Shown piece by piece: positions 10,256 through 22,565 of a DNA stretch of 64,000 bases. The translations under genes were made by a program, and so were the position numbers. The stretch is from Trichosphaerium sp. ATCC 40318 (Eukaryota > Protista > Tubulinea): NCBI GenBank assembly GCA_038496445.1, contig JALMLS010000572.1, positions 1 to 64,000 of the forward strand, written 5' to 3'. The notes under the pieces are model-generated. The model worked only from the letters and a program-made list of their open reading frames with translations, made no database searches and was not told the origin of the DNA. The number at the start of each line of letters is the position of its first letter. Positions within the stretch are counted from its first letter, which is position 1.

Positions 10256-12749
10256 ATGTCTAAACTCAGAGAAAGTCGCAAGAAAGCGTCAAATAAGCGC
10301 AAAGCCCCAAAGGCGCCGCTACATACGGACAGGGTCACAAAAAAGCAAAAAAGGGCAACCAAGAACCGTACACCAACTTCCCAACGTCTGGCTGGAAAAG
10401 TAAACAAAGGCCGCCGAATCATCAAAATAAAACGAACTCGTAAGACCACACGAGCTGCTACGCGTATTACACGCACACCAAAGGCCCGGAAGCCAACTGG
10501 AACCATCACACCCGGATATCGCTCAAACAAATCTGGTAGTAGGCGGTCAAGTGGAAGCTCAACTGGTTCAATATCATACAAAGCATCCGATTCTCCAGAG
10601 ACTACCAAATCTAAGCGCCTCCGACATTCAATCGTCATAAATGAGGGTTATGAACAAGAAAGGAGCATGGACAATTTTTTTATGCGCGAGATTCAAAAAT
10701 TGAACGCCGCACAAGCGAAACATGCTGAAAGAGATGCGAAAAATGAACGTGAGATCCGAGAATTGAAAGTGCAAAACGCAGCCATAGTAGCACAAAATGC
10801 TGAGAGAGGTGTGAAAAATGAACGCGAGATCCGAGAATTGAAAGCACAAAATGATGCCATACAAGCACAAAATGCGACCACAGAGGCACAAATAAAAGGA
10901 CTTGCCAATGCAGTTGCATTGATAAAATTGCGAAAGGCACACCTCCATTCTCTCTCAATAATGAGTACGCTCAGTTTTTGCACTCTTTTTAATACGGTGC
11001 ACTCACTTTATTTTTAGAGTACTCAGAACTGTACAGCAGATTCGATAACCTTGGAGACATACTATTCGCGGTGAAGTCATGGCTCGAGGGTTCATATTTA
11101 AAGTATTTTCGCGGATTGCCTAAAAACGTGTTTGCAAAGATGCCCAAGCAGCCAACAGTCACGGAAACCACTTGGCAACAAAAGGAAGATTACCTCACAG
11201 AGCAAACAGTTGAACTGTTGAACAAGGATAACACTTCTGATTACATGATGGCCTTTGATGGCAAAAGTAACCATACATTTCCAAAAACACCTGAGCATGG
11301 CTTTGCCAAACCAGACATCCTCCTGGCACCCAGAAACCTTGGTATCACCATACCGACATCGTATCAAATCATAGTACCATGGGAGGTCAAGTTGGTTGTG
11401 GGACAATCCAAAGGTTTCGAACCAGCAAAACTTGGACAAATAATGTACGAACATCTTTTTTTTTCTCTTGCTTGTGTTGTTGACACAGTTTTTAGGTTGT
11501 ATTGTATTCGTGTTATGGCTGCTCAACCAACACGTACATCAGTGACAGCAGTGATTTCAAACGAGAAATACGTACAGTTTCTGCGTATGGACTGGGACGA
11601 AACTACAGCAGATGGCGATAAATTCTATTTTACAAAAGTGTATGACTTTGTCGGTAAAAACTCTGAGGGAGCAAAGATGATCAACCACCTCATGGCACGG
11701 TCTCCTGAGGAACTCGGATGGTCTGTACCTCAGTTCAAAATTGGTGGGACCTACTATGCAGCAACGAATATTCTGGGTAAAGGTGCATCAGCATCTGTCT
11801 ACCAGGTTGAAGCAGACGATAAGACTTATGCTGTAAAACATCTCTTTCCACAATTCTTGGAGGAGGCGAAACATGAAGTAGAAGTACTGAATGAACTAAA
11901 GCCATATGAGACTGCTCATGTTCCAACAGTAACACGTACATCTTGGAAACCTGGAAGAGCAGTACGTTTTGGTTTTTTTTTTTACTCCAGTTTCTTTTGT
12001 TGTTGTTGTTTGTGCTGATGTTGTTACTAGAACCCTAACAAGATATTTTTCGTTTCTGAACCAGTTGGTCAAGTACTCAGCGCAGATGAATTCTCTATTA
12101 CAGGACTCGTGTGCTCATTTTCATCTCTTGTGAAGACACTAAAGGCTGCACATGACTTAGGATATGTACACAGGTACATTCCACAGTTTCACGTGTTTTT
12201 TTTTTGAACTTAGTGTTCTCCTTATTGACTCTTCTTCCTTTCAGAGATATCTCACTTACAAATGTTATATGGTTTGAAGAGGAGTTGTACATTATTGACT
12301 GGGCGTGTGCTGCCAAAGAAGGTGTAGAAGTTGAGTTCCAAGGCAATGTTCTGTTCGCACCTTCAAAGCTGTGTCTCGAATATGAACCCAACATCGAATT
12401 TACTCCACAACCATGGCACGACCTTGTATCCCTTGTCAAGATGTACGCATACTTGACACTACCAAGACATGCTCGTATCGAATGCTTCATTGAACAATTC
12501 GAAAAAATCGATTGGCGTACCGATCCACAGCGTAGTTGTGATGCCCAAAAGATGATCAGTATGAATTGGGATAATGTACTATCTTATTTCAAAGTACCTA
12601 TGCGCTATGCTCAAAAAATGGACTATGACAGACTTGGAGCGTGGTTTGATGAGAAGTTTAAGTTGAGTAATATCAGGTCTGTCACAGTTGATGACATGCA
12701 CAACGCCACATATGATGAGGGAAAACCAATTGGCCAGCAGTTTTCTTAA
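10256..12749 (+). CDS. Coiled-coil / PD-(D/E)XK nuclease-like / FunK1-type kinase, copy B (lacks SAP domains)
   Basis: MSKLRESRKK start. Four GT-AG introns (first 10965-11017) give a continuous frame through KPDILL..WEVK, GKGASASV, HRDISLTN, DW and HDLVSL to the stop at 12749. Confidence 0.82.
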
Positions 12750-13098
12750 GCTTGTAAAATAGACGACAAATAGATGGGGATTTGGTTTGATAATACTACA
12801 CATGTACATATTGGGTTCACATTAAATAAATTCATTACCACCGCTTCAACAGTAAACTTGTATTGCTAAACCACAATCATGCTTTCCTTTAGAACCTAGT
12901 GGTGTAGCTGCTCATATCTCACACTCATGTCACTATTTACAATGATGTAAAGTTGACTTTTGCATATTTAGACCTTGTTTACAGTGCATACTTATTGATA
13001 TTACCTTACTTTAATAAATCTTAATAGTTGGGGAGTATGAATTTGTATTAATAATAATGTACATTGAACAAACTACGAAGGAGGACAGAGAAAAGTGT

Positions 13099-14349
13099 TC
13101 ATTGTTTGTGCTTGGCAAAATGGCAAATAATGTCTGTAAGTGATAATACACCACGTGGCTTAAGATCATCGGTGACAACCCATAATCGATGCACTTTTAG
13201 AGAAAGCATCTATTGAATAAGAGTATTAGAAATATTGACATGAAAGTTTCAATAAAATGTATGCCACGTGCTTTTTGTACTGCTGATTCCAAAGTTATAT
13301 CCATCTTTACTACTCCTTCAGCTGTTTTATCAACAGTCCCACGTGCTTTTAAAAACTCTTGTACTGGCAAGATAAGGTCCTCCAAGTTTGTAGCATTCAC
13401 GCCTTGTAGACATTACTTAGAGTATTTATGACACAAAATGACGTTACCTCGTAAATCAGAGCTTGACAGTGTTCCACAGACTGTTCCTTTATTAGCGTCC
13501 ACAACACATAATGCATTGTGTGACAACAGTGCCATCAATCGAAAACCTTGTAATGCCTATAAAGGAAGTGTTATACTACTAAGTACACCATTGTCAATTG
13601 AATTGATTGCTTACTGTCTGGTCGTTTTTCATGGTAGCAACATCTGTAGCTTTTACTATCTTTAAATCTTCTAAAGAGGACTTCCAAGCTATCACATGTT
13701 AACAATAATGTTGTCAAAGTTGACGTTCGTACGCTTGGATTCTTTTTCTTTATTTTTGAATAAAAATCTTACGACATCAGTTTGCGACAAAATACCAACT
13801 TCTATCGTATTGTTAGATCAAGAAACACCTTGTATACTATTTAACGCACTATCTGGACCACCTAAAGTAACAAGAGCTCGATGTTTACCGGCAGCATAAT
13901 GCTAAAGAGTGATTAGTGTTTATCCGTTAAATCACGTGAGCTTACTTGAATGACACTAGATAAGCTCGTTTTACCGTCTACAGGCATAGTTATACTCTTT
14001 GAATGCTCAGCAAAGAAAGCAGACGCATCAATAGCGTATTTAGCCTTGTTATCGACTGTTTGGCTCAAAACGGTGCCATCATCGTTAAATTGAGTGAATG
14101 TAAGTGCTATCATTATATCCCATATCCCAACGAGCCCGAGGTATCTCTACAATAGCAGTTTAGGATTGTTGCCGTTTTTTCTTTTGTACGAACCTTTTTC
14201 TTCGTGTCAAGGATTGGAATAGCTGTAATATTACTCTTGCTCATTGATTGTAGCGCTTCCGCGATTGAAGACTCTGTTGTAGCGAATATAATATTCTGAT
14301 TGTCTGACACGATATCCTTTAGTGTTGTTTGTTTAATTAACGTTTCCAT
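13099..14349 (-). CDS. CBS-domain protein (SDS23/AMPK-gamma-like)
   Basis: SSIAEALQSMSKSNITAIPILD, HRALV, and ...TLESAVQK|MLSLKVHRLWVVTDDLKPRGVLSLTDII CBS repeats. Confidence 0.8.
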
Positions 14350-14558
14350 TGCGTTGTTTATGATGTAATTAGATAAAACAGAAAGCTAGGAACACTAACT
14401 TAACCAATTTCACGAAGCTCAGTGTACCTTAAATGATTCTTAGATATCTCGGCACGTTACGAATAGTTTCTTAATTTGGAATGTTTTACAACTCATTCGA
14501 GCGCTTGCAAAGCCAGCCATAGGGTATACTGAGTGGTAATACAAGTTTATTTCTATAA

Positions 14559-16572
14559 TTACAATACTGCCATCTCCGCCATTGATGCACTTGGTGCCAT
14601 TAGTAGTGAAGGTCTAGTACTTTGTACGTTGCCATATGAACTCATTTGATAATGCTTAAATGATATATCAGGCCTAATAGAGAGTTAACCAAAGGCAGCA
14701 AGCTCGTTTTTAAAAAGCAAGGTACCTTAATTGTTGTATGGCCTTTGCGATAGCTCCTATATCCTGTGCCCAAAATGGAATAGGGACAACAGTTATACCT
14801 TGCGTACGTGCTTTCTCTTGTTTCTCATCATCTCTGGCATCTTGTATTGATGCTGGACCAAACCTGGAATAGATATCTTGATAATGGTGTTGTCCTGTTG
14901 TATGTATAGTTAAGAGAAAGACAATTTTAAGATTGAAACAATACCATGATACTCTAAAGCAAGGTTGAACGCAGGAACAAATACATCAAGACTCAGCTGA
15001 CTACCAGACAAATCTAAAGGTATTCCTGGATGATATTCCTCCTTTATCTCGTATCCAGGGAACAGCCTCTTTGCACAAGATAGAACCCACCTGAATTACA
15101 AAATGTAAATGGTTGGTTTTGCGTGCATGCAACGAACTACCTTTGCATTGCTCGTTTATCATCTCTCATCAGTTTGAGTTGATTCCATTTACGTTCAGGG
15201 TACAATGTTTTGAGCGTAACTGGCCAGTGTCGTATCATTCCTGTAGCACCTAATGCACGAAGTTGATAGCTTGATATGCGATACCAATCATCAGGTTGCC
15301 GAACATCAAGTGAATCTTCAATATTCTCCAAAAACAGATTTGCTTTGCTGGAACGTTGCCAGAAGTCACGTGGCATTTTTTCTGTAATAACTTTAATAAA
15401 AACAATCATAGAAAGTATATCACGTACTAAAGCGGTAAGGAAGCCATTCATGATCAGGGTAAGTATGAGACAAGAAACGTTGCATCGATGAATAATTATT
15501 CCTTATTTTAAATCAGTCATTTAAACAGTTGCTGTAAACAACTTATACGTACATGAGTGTCCCACCACCGTGCTCCTTTAATGATTTGGTGCTTATTTTG
15601 TACCAATCATCAAGATTCTTGATACCAAATTGTAATTCTAATGGTTGTTAGAGTGCCACGGAGACGCTTTTTTTTTCGACTCACCAAAATGTCTCACAAA
15701 CCTGCGATGATTTTCCCGTGAAACCCAAAAATTTCGTACAGTATTTCCTTTGGGGGAAATCAAAATAATGGATAGGAAAGAGTTACAAACGTACGGAATC
15801 TCCAAGGAATCCACTCATTTTGAGGGTAAAATTCTTGCAACATTTTTTGAAGAGAAGAATTGTAGGGTTCTCTACAGGTTAACTGGTTAAGTATGTACAA
15901 AATTAACATATACTTACGCTCTCAAGAATCCAGAACCTCCAATTTTAGCTAAATCTTCAACAGTAATATCATACCAATCGTACAATGTGTTAATACGTAA
16001 TTTAATTTCAGCCTGCAATGTGTCAAAAAATCAGTCGAACAAAATGTCATCTTGTACCTCTTTAATAAACGCAATTCTATTGTCTCTGTGAGCCCAATAG
16101 TTTCTTCCAGTAGTAGCTAAGAATACTTAACACATAGGGGTATACTCGAAACAAGTACTGAAGTTCCAAGGCTGCCAAGCGTATTCGGGATAAACATATT
16201 TGAGAAAGTTCAATAATGAACTATGGAAGTAACTAACGGTTTTAGTTATTATCTGTGGCGACCAACGTACCCATTTATAAGGCTAACAGCCTTCGCTTTG
16301 CGAATATCTAAGTACGATACGTGGTACCAGTCTTCTATGTTTTTGATACCGAGTTTTACCTCTAGCTAACCTCACAATATGTTATATACGCGTGTGGTAA
16401 CAGTTTTACCTCTCTTGTAAATCCTACAACGTTTTCGTTTGAATTAAACCATTTATGAGGTACCCTACGCTCAGAGGGGCTAATAAAAGGTTAACTAACA
16501 ATTATTAACATTATTTCACCTGATGTTCTTGTAAGAAGCTCTAGCGCTTCGCACAGCCTCAAACGAGCGCAT
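14559..16572 (-). CDS. Repeat protein (FW...DWY...YPE.W units) with C-terminal RAP/Vsr-like endonuclease-fold domain
   Basis: About 4 repeats such as PRDFWQRSSKANLFLENIEDSLDVRQPDDWYRIS...LKTLYPERKW. C-terminus LSLDVFVPAFNLALEYHGQHHY...RDDEKQEKARTQGITVVPIPFW. Confidence 0.7.
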
Positions 16573-16722
16573 TAAAACCTAGACAGATAGCTGTCATCCG
16601 ATCTAACGCTAACGGCTCGACACGAGTGCAATGAAGTCGTTGCAAGTCACAGAAGTTCACTGATCCCTCTTTTACTCAGCGCCGGCGCTACACGCAATCA
16701 AACTACTAAACGTCTACAAGAA

Positions 16723-17592
16723 TTATTCTATTGTTACATTTTCTACTTTTTCTACTTTGCCTTCCATGGCATGAAGTTTTTTCAAGTGCGATATCACGTG
16801 ACCTTTTAGTTTAAACTTTTTATGACAAACAGAACATCTATAAGGTCTCTCTTCAGAATGAGTAGTAAGATGACGTCTAACATCAGCAAGACATGCAAAT
16901 CTTTTACTACAAAGAGTACAGGCAACCTTCCTTTCACCTTTATGTACGTTACCCAAGTGTCTTTGTAGATTACCCCTTGTAGAGAATCTTTTACCACATC
17001 CTTTCTCTTTACAAGCGTAAAGCTTCTCTGTCGCGTGAACGCCATTTTTATGTCTGTTATAATCTCCCTTTTGCTTGAAAACCTTACCACAGATACCGTC
17101 CTCTGTTTTATGTTCACATATGAACCGTTTAGCGTGTAATTCTATGTGTCGTGTTAGGCTTCCTGATCTTTTGAATATCCTTTTGCATATAGGGCACTTT
17201 TCGTTAATATTTGAAGGTTTGGGACCTGTCTTAAGCTTTTTTCTTGCTGTTGTTTGTTTTTCTGTCTTTTCTGGTTCTTCTGAATCGCTTCGCTTTCTTT
17301 TTGTGCCCTGAGGTTTTGGAAGTAAGCTAAGCGTAGTTTCGTCGCTATCTGGTTCAGTTTGAGAGCCTTCACAGTGAGGACATAAATTAGAAGCAAATGG
17401 TAGCGAACAAGCCATGCAAGACGCGCAAGCGTGATGCCCACACGGTAAAATCTGTAAATCACTGGTTTGATAACAAAAACAACAGTTTCGATCAAAATCA
17501 TCTTGTAAATCGCTGAGAAAGCTGTAATAGGTATTTAATACAAAAAAGAAAGTTTTAACGTGTTTAGAACCTCGTTGAACCATGTTGTGCAA
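16723..17592 (-). CDS. RING-like + multi-C2H2 zinc finger protein (5' end uncertain)
   Basis: CCFC...PCGHHACASC...CPHC followed by five C2H2 fingers with HSEERPY-type linker. Confidence 0.85.
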   Translation of the reverse strand: MHNMVQRGSKHVKTFFFVLNTYYSFLSDLQDDFDRNCCFCYQTSDLQILPCGHHACASCMACSLPFASNLCPHCEGSQTEPDSDETTLSLLPKPQGTKRKRSDSEEPEKTEKQTTARKKLKTGPKPSNINEKCPICKRIFKRSGSLTRHIELHAKRFICEHKTEDGICGKVFKQKGDYNRHKNGVHATEKLYACKEKGCGKRFSTRGNLQRHLGNVHKGERKVACTLCSKRFACLADVRRHLTTHSEERPYRCSVCHKKFKLKGHVISHLKKLHAMEGKVEKVENVTIE

Positions 17593-18621
17593 TCCAACTC
17601 TAATAGAACCGTTGGAGGTCGGTGAGGAGCTACTACACGCTTGGTGAAGTGCAAACCAAAGAATAGCCGTTCCTCACCTTAGTTCTCGAAGCTTTGTTTT
17701 CTTTGGCCGCGTACCTGTGACCATCTAATGCGTAAGGTACACTAAGAGTAGCCAACATTTGATCCTTCTCTGTGAGATTTCTTTTTGAATACGTCAGAAA
17801 AGCGCTGACTAAAAAACGAAGTAGGCATACTGTGCTTGAGAACAATGTTTTTAGGTGTAACCAATATCTAGTAGATAAGAGACTAGGAGTAGCATATCCA
17901 ACACAAACTAGAGTAGCAGCCACTATCACGTGCGTGGAAATCGCCTTGTTTTTTCACAGTGAATTCGCTTTGGATGCAGCTTTCATACCTACTTGTCTCA
18001 GGTTTACTTTGACTAACAAGGTCAGTCAGATTAATACGATAGATGGTGCTTCATTCAACTTTATCAAATGTTTGAGCTAAGTGCTGCCTAGTCCAAAGTT
18101 CCTTTGTTTGTTCCTGGATACATTCTCTTAAACGGACTGCAACGTCGCTAGGTGCAATGAGGTCATTACATTATTAGTGGCAGGAGATCACTGTGACATA
18201 CGCTCGTTGTATTGACCGTAGCTAATCAAACCTGGAGCAACAAAAGTAACTTGCAAAGATAAGTTTAGGGTTGACAAGACAACACAAGACATCTTTAGCG
18301 ATCGCCTAAGCCCTGAAGACAGTTTAAGGAACTAACGTTATGGTACTTTTGTTTGATCAAAAAAAACTAGCACAAAGTGATCATTTATTTGTCACAAAGC
18401 TCGCCAAAAGTACAATTGGTGCTTGTAATACTATTCCTTGATACAATAAAGGCTAAAATCAACGTTTTAAAACCTCCAGGAACTGCAAAAAAAAATTCAC
18501 GTGGTTGTAGGAACTTAATCACATTAAGTAACATAGGAACACAGGAACTCAGCTTCCTGTGCAGGAACTGTTTCGAAACATTTATTTATATTTATAGTCC
18601 ACATACCAATTAAACACGATC

Positions 18622-19467
18622 ATGTTTACCGTATCAAGCAAGAAAGTAACAATGAGGCCAGGCGGTCAGGGAGGCGCAAGCAATGTAAGAGTAGAAGCGA
18701 GACGTCACTCTAAAATAATATTAGGATGGTTATAGATGGCCTTGTTCACCAATAGCCAGAAATTTATTGGAACCAGTCATAGTGTTCCTACCTAGTAGAT
18801 CAATCGATCCTAGAAATATCACCTTTTCTATACGATGCCTAAGTACACCTTCCATTGTTTTGTGTAACAACCTGCTTACGTTGTCTCCACTAGAAAAAAG
18901 AAATGTTGGTATTGCAAAGACAGCTTCAGATTGGAATAGACTGTACATGCGGAACTTCAAGTTGTTCAGGCATGAGATGGAGTATGATAGTCCAAGGAAC
19001 GCCGTTTTGATATACTTTGAGTATGGCTGTGCAGGAGAATTTAAGGTCACAATCCACTGTAAGAGAATACCTGTAGCAAGTGCAGTATGCATAGTTAAAG
19101 GAGCTAGAGGTAAATTTTCTTTTGGTCTCAATAGTGGTTAACAACAAGTTGTTTTAGTCACAAATAGAGTTCCTCAACCTAGACAAGTTGCACATGACAT
19201 ACCTAATCGTCAGTTTAATAGAAACTATTTGGTAAGTAGAATTTTTTTAAATGCTTTCCAAGCTACCTTTTACAGGAACAAACAGCTTTTCTTTATCCGA
19301 TCTGCAGTGAAACTGTAATACAGAAATGTACTAACTATGCTTAGAGATATCAAGCCATTAGCAGCATCTCAGGGGTATTACATACGCTTGCTCGGCAGTT
19401 TCCAAAAGAGAGGGAGGAGCTTGATGACGACAACTGCGACCCAATGGAAGAAGATCCACTTGACTAG
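18622..19467 (+). CDS. Hypothetical protein, paralog of 21058-22240 (unrecognised beta-rich domain)
   Basis: MFTVSSKKVTMRPGGQGGASN|DGYRWPCSPIARNLLEPVIVFLP...ITFSIRC...KLFRHEMEYD...YFEYGCAGEFKVTI. The 3' exon phasing is uncertain. Confidence 0.55.
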
Positions 19468-21057
19468 AGTCCAATTTTTCAAAAAAATAAATAATGTAAC
19501 AGATTAAGCTACACGTGCCTTGTAATGAGTGATTGTGTAATCTTTGTGGCCTTCTCACTGATTGCCAGTAGGTGCAATTTGAACAATACGTATTCCATAA
19601 ATCCAATTTTTGTAGTACACGTCAAAAAACAGTGTTTAGTTTTGATCTTTTGACAGTCGTTTGCAAAGCAAGTTCAAAGCCTTTTCTCGACAGTGCTCGC
19701 CTGAAAATTAATACCACCGCTACATAACAACTAACTAAGGTACAAATTCGAGTCATTTTTTACCGACTTAAACATATCAATCAAGAATAATCAATATTTA
19801 TTGGTGAAAAGAATTTACGTAGTGGTTGGCCTGCTGTTCATTATGCTGAGCGTTTGTTCGATTTGCACGGTTCTACAACGAACCACAATATTTTTTTAAT
19901 AAACAATTACGCTATTCATAAACAGGTGATTGATGTTTATAACCAGGGTGAAATAAGTTGTGTCAATCACCCGGGTCGGCAGTTGAACATGAGGAAGACG
20001 AGAGGAGTAGATTCTGCCAATGGCCTACATAGGTTAACCCAAGTACATACGGGGTGCTTGGAATTGATTCTATGGACACTAGTCAGTATCGTCGCCCACG
20101 CTATATCACATGATGCACCACGAGGTATCTATAGACGTATAGTGTACCCAGTGTGATCTCATTGATATAGTTTGAGGACGTACTGGTGCATTTTGCTTTG
20201 TTGGAAAGGCAGTTTTTGTTAGATGACACCTATCAAGAACGTGATTCAAACAATATAGTTTATAAATAAACATTGAAACTAACAAGTACGTTTTTTTTAC
20301 CTACACTGTGCTGTACAGTAAACATCTGGATCCTGTTGACTGTCAAAAACGAAAGCTCAAGTACAGGCCAACATAGTAACCCATTGGCACCTAAAAGAAT
20401 GCCAATTCTTCTAGCAAAGTGCTATCTATAGAACATAAGGCATGTAGTACCTTGAGCGACGTAAGTTGATTCTCGTGCGGACCATATTGTACAAAAAGAA
20501 GTATAAACCAAGGTCACGTTGCGTGCGTGATGGAGGAACATAACTTTCATCAGTTGGCAGTCACAAAAGAGCGCTGGAATGTATTCCGATTTACACATTT
20601 TATCGGAAAAAAAAAAACCACAACGTCTTGAAATAAATTCGAACATAGTTCACATGAGAGGTATTCAACCCGATTTCGCGTTTTCGAGCACAAACACAGA
20701 TCAATTGCTTTGTGGCTACCTTGTGCGAGAGTTTGAGGTATTTTATCGAAAACCACAATGTCAAAATGAATGCCCATGAACAGTTTCATATTCTATATTC
20801 ATACCAAGGAGATGTGCGCGCACAAACTCAGAGCTACTAAACCATGTTTTGAGAAGAGGAACTCGTTTTTGGGGAAGGAACAGATAGTGACAGTCAAAAA
20901 CATTCTAGCTCAAGCGGTACATCAGTACGTTCACAAAGAGAAAAAGTGACAAGGTTCTATTTAGAATAGCTCGCTGTATGACTTCTTTGGTAGCTTGTAC
21001 AAGTCTATATTTCTCTTTCATTTTAGAAATTATCGTAACCACTTGTACTCGTCTCCA

Positions 21058-22240
21058 CTATGAGTTAGTCGCCATGTTTAACATTTGCCCAAAAGCACCA
21101 AAAAAATTGTTCGCCAGATTGTTAAAATCTGCGTCTTCCTCCTACAAAATCATTAAGTAAAACAAACAACATTTGTTTATATCATAAAAAAAACAATCTT
21201 CAAGAACTTACACCATCAGATACTGGATCTCCATTATCTTTTCTACGTTTTCTATCAGCTTGATCCCTCGCATATTGCCTATTTATTGTGCTCGAAAAGC
21301 CTTGAATAACATTCTCGAATATTCCTTTAATCTGTACAACAAAATAAGTGATTTAAATTCCATTTTATCAAACCTTTTCATTTTTCTCTTTCTCTGCATC
21401 CCTAAATTCTGGTCTTGTTTGATCACCATAATAAGGATCATCAGTTCTTTGACGCTTACTAAAACTCGTTTAAACAATAAAAGACCTATTCTTAAAGTGT
21501 ACCGTGGATTGTAATTAAATCCATGCTGAGGTACGGTCTGCTAGGCAATTGTTAATGCCAAATGATGCTATTCCTTGACGACTCACTTGACGAATATCTA
21601 GTTCATCATCATACTCAACATCCATATCTTCGTCACCAACAACTTCTGTCATATTTGGAACGTCCAAACGTCCATCAAGTAAAATTGCATCAGCACCATT
21701 AACAAATGGTTTAGGGGCTAAAATAAGCACAAGATAAGAGACTTATCCAAAAAAAATAAAAAATGACAACCCAAAATAGAATTTACCTCTTGGATGATTT
21801 CCTGTAACCACGTGACACTTTACAACACCAATTGAAAATTCAGGCTCGAGATAATATAAAAACACCTCATACACACCAACATGTGCAAACTCTATGTATA
21901 ACATCGTAGTCAAACCACATTCGCGGTCGTGTAAGAATTCGTGACGAAAAAGTTGTTTAGTGTGCCCTGCATTGTAAGCATTATTCCACTCTTCTTTGGT
22001 TTTATACTCTCCCTTTTTTTGTTTTGCTAATCACGTGAGAGTTTGTTCTATGATCCATTATGTCAACGCACATTTACACTCGATGCTAAATCTAATATCC
22101 TCAAATTGATATGCGCCGACAATTGGCATTTCCAAAATAATAGGAGCAACCATTGATATTGGTTGAGGCTTCCAGGCGTACGACTTGGTATTTTGTGAGC
22201 TAAAGACACCCAAACTTGATAAATACCTTGGTTTTGCCAT
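21058..22240 (-). CDS. Hypothetical protein, paralog of 18622-19467
   Basis: YAWKPQPISMVAPIILEMP...IRFSIEC...KQLFRHEFLHD...LYIEFAHVGVYEVFL. Exons join in frame through KRQRTDDPYY...QMLNMATNS*. Confidence 0.6.
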
Positions 22241-22565
22241 AACGCGCCCCTTTAAGCATGTAGACCTCTGGATTGGTTATAGTGATAACTGCCGTTTGGT
22301 TAGTATGAAAATGTACTGTACGTATGTATAAAACACGAAAAATCAACTAAAACAGTACACGCATTACTCTCCATGTTGTACGAACTCATAAAAAAAGACA
22401 GTTCCTGTGAAGGAAGTAGACTTAACGAAAAAAGCCAAAAGAAAAAAATAAAAGTGTTCCTCCTCTAGAACCATTCGTTCAAAAAAAAAATATATGCAAC
22501 TACGCGAATATAAATAGCACGTATTTCGTGGGGCAAAAATTGGTCTCATTATTTGTTTTTTTTTT

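Larger units (their letters stand above)
6590..12813. repeat. Large inverted duplication: left arm ~6590-9752, right arm ~10160-12813, spacer ~400 bp
   Basis: Near-identical ORFs on opposite strands (7377-8426 vs 11071-12018; 6654-7193 vs 12204-12749; 8438-8782 vs 10668-11017). Shared upstream sequence ttaagtcgtatttttagcgaaacaacaaga and shared 3' UTR ending ...catgtacatattg. Confidence 0.95.

Noticed and set aside
8457-10983. Cys/Ala/Phe-rich ORFs 8457-8756, 8811-9134, 10123-10638 and 10693-10983
   Set aside because: Antisense shadows of the coiled-coil and basic regions of the kinase genes.
6490-12950. TIRs or short TSDs at the ends of each kinase cassette
   Set aside because: Only matches of about 8 bp were found; not significant.
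18730-19131. 133 aa minus-strand ORF
   Set aside because: The plus-strand frame has splice signals and paralogy with 21058-22240, so this is likely its shadow.
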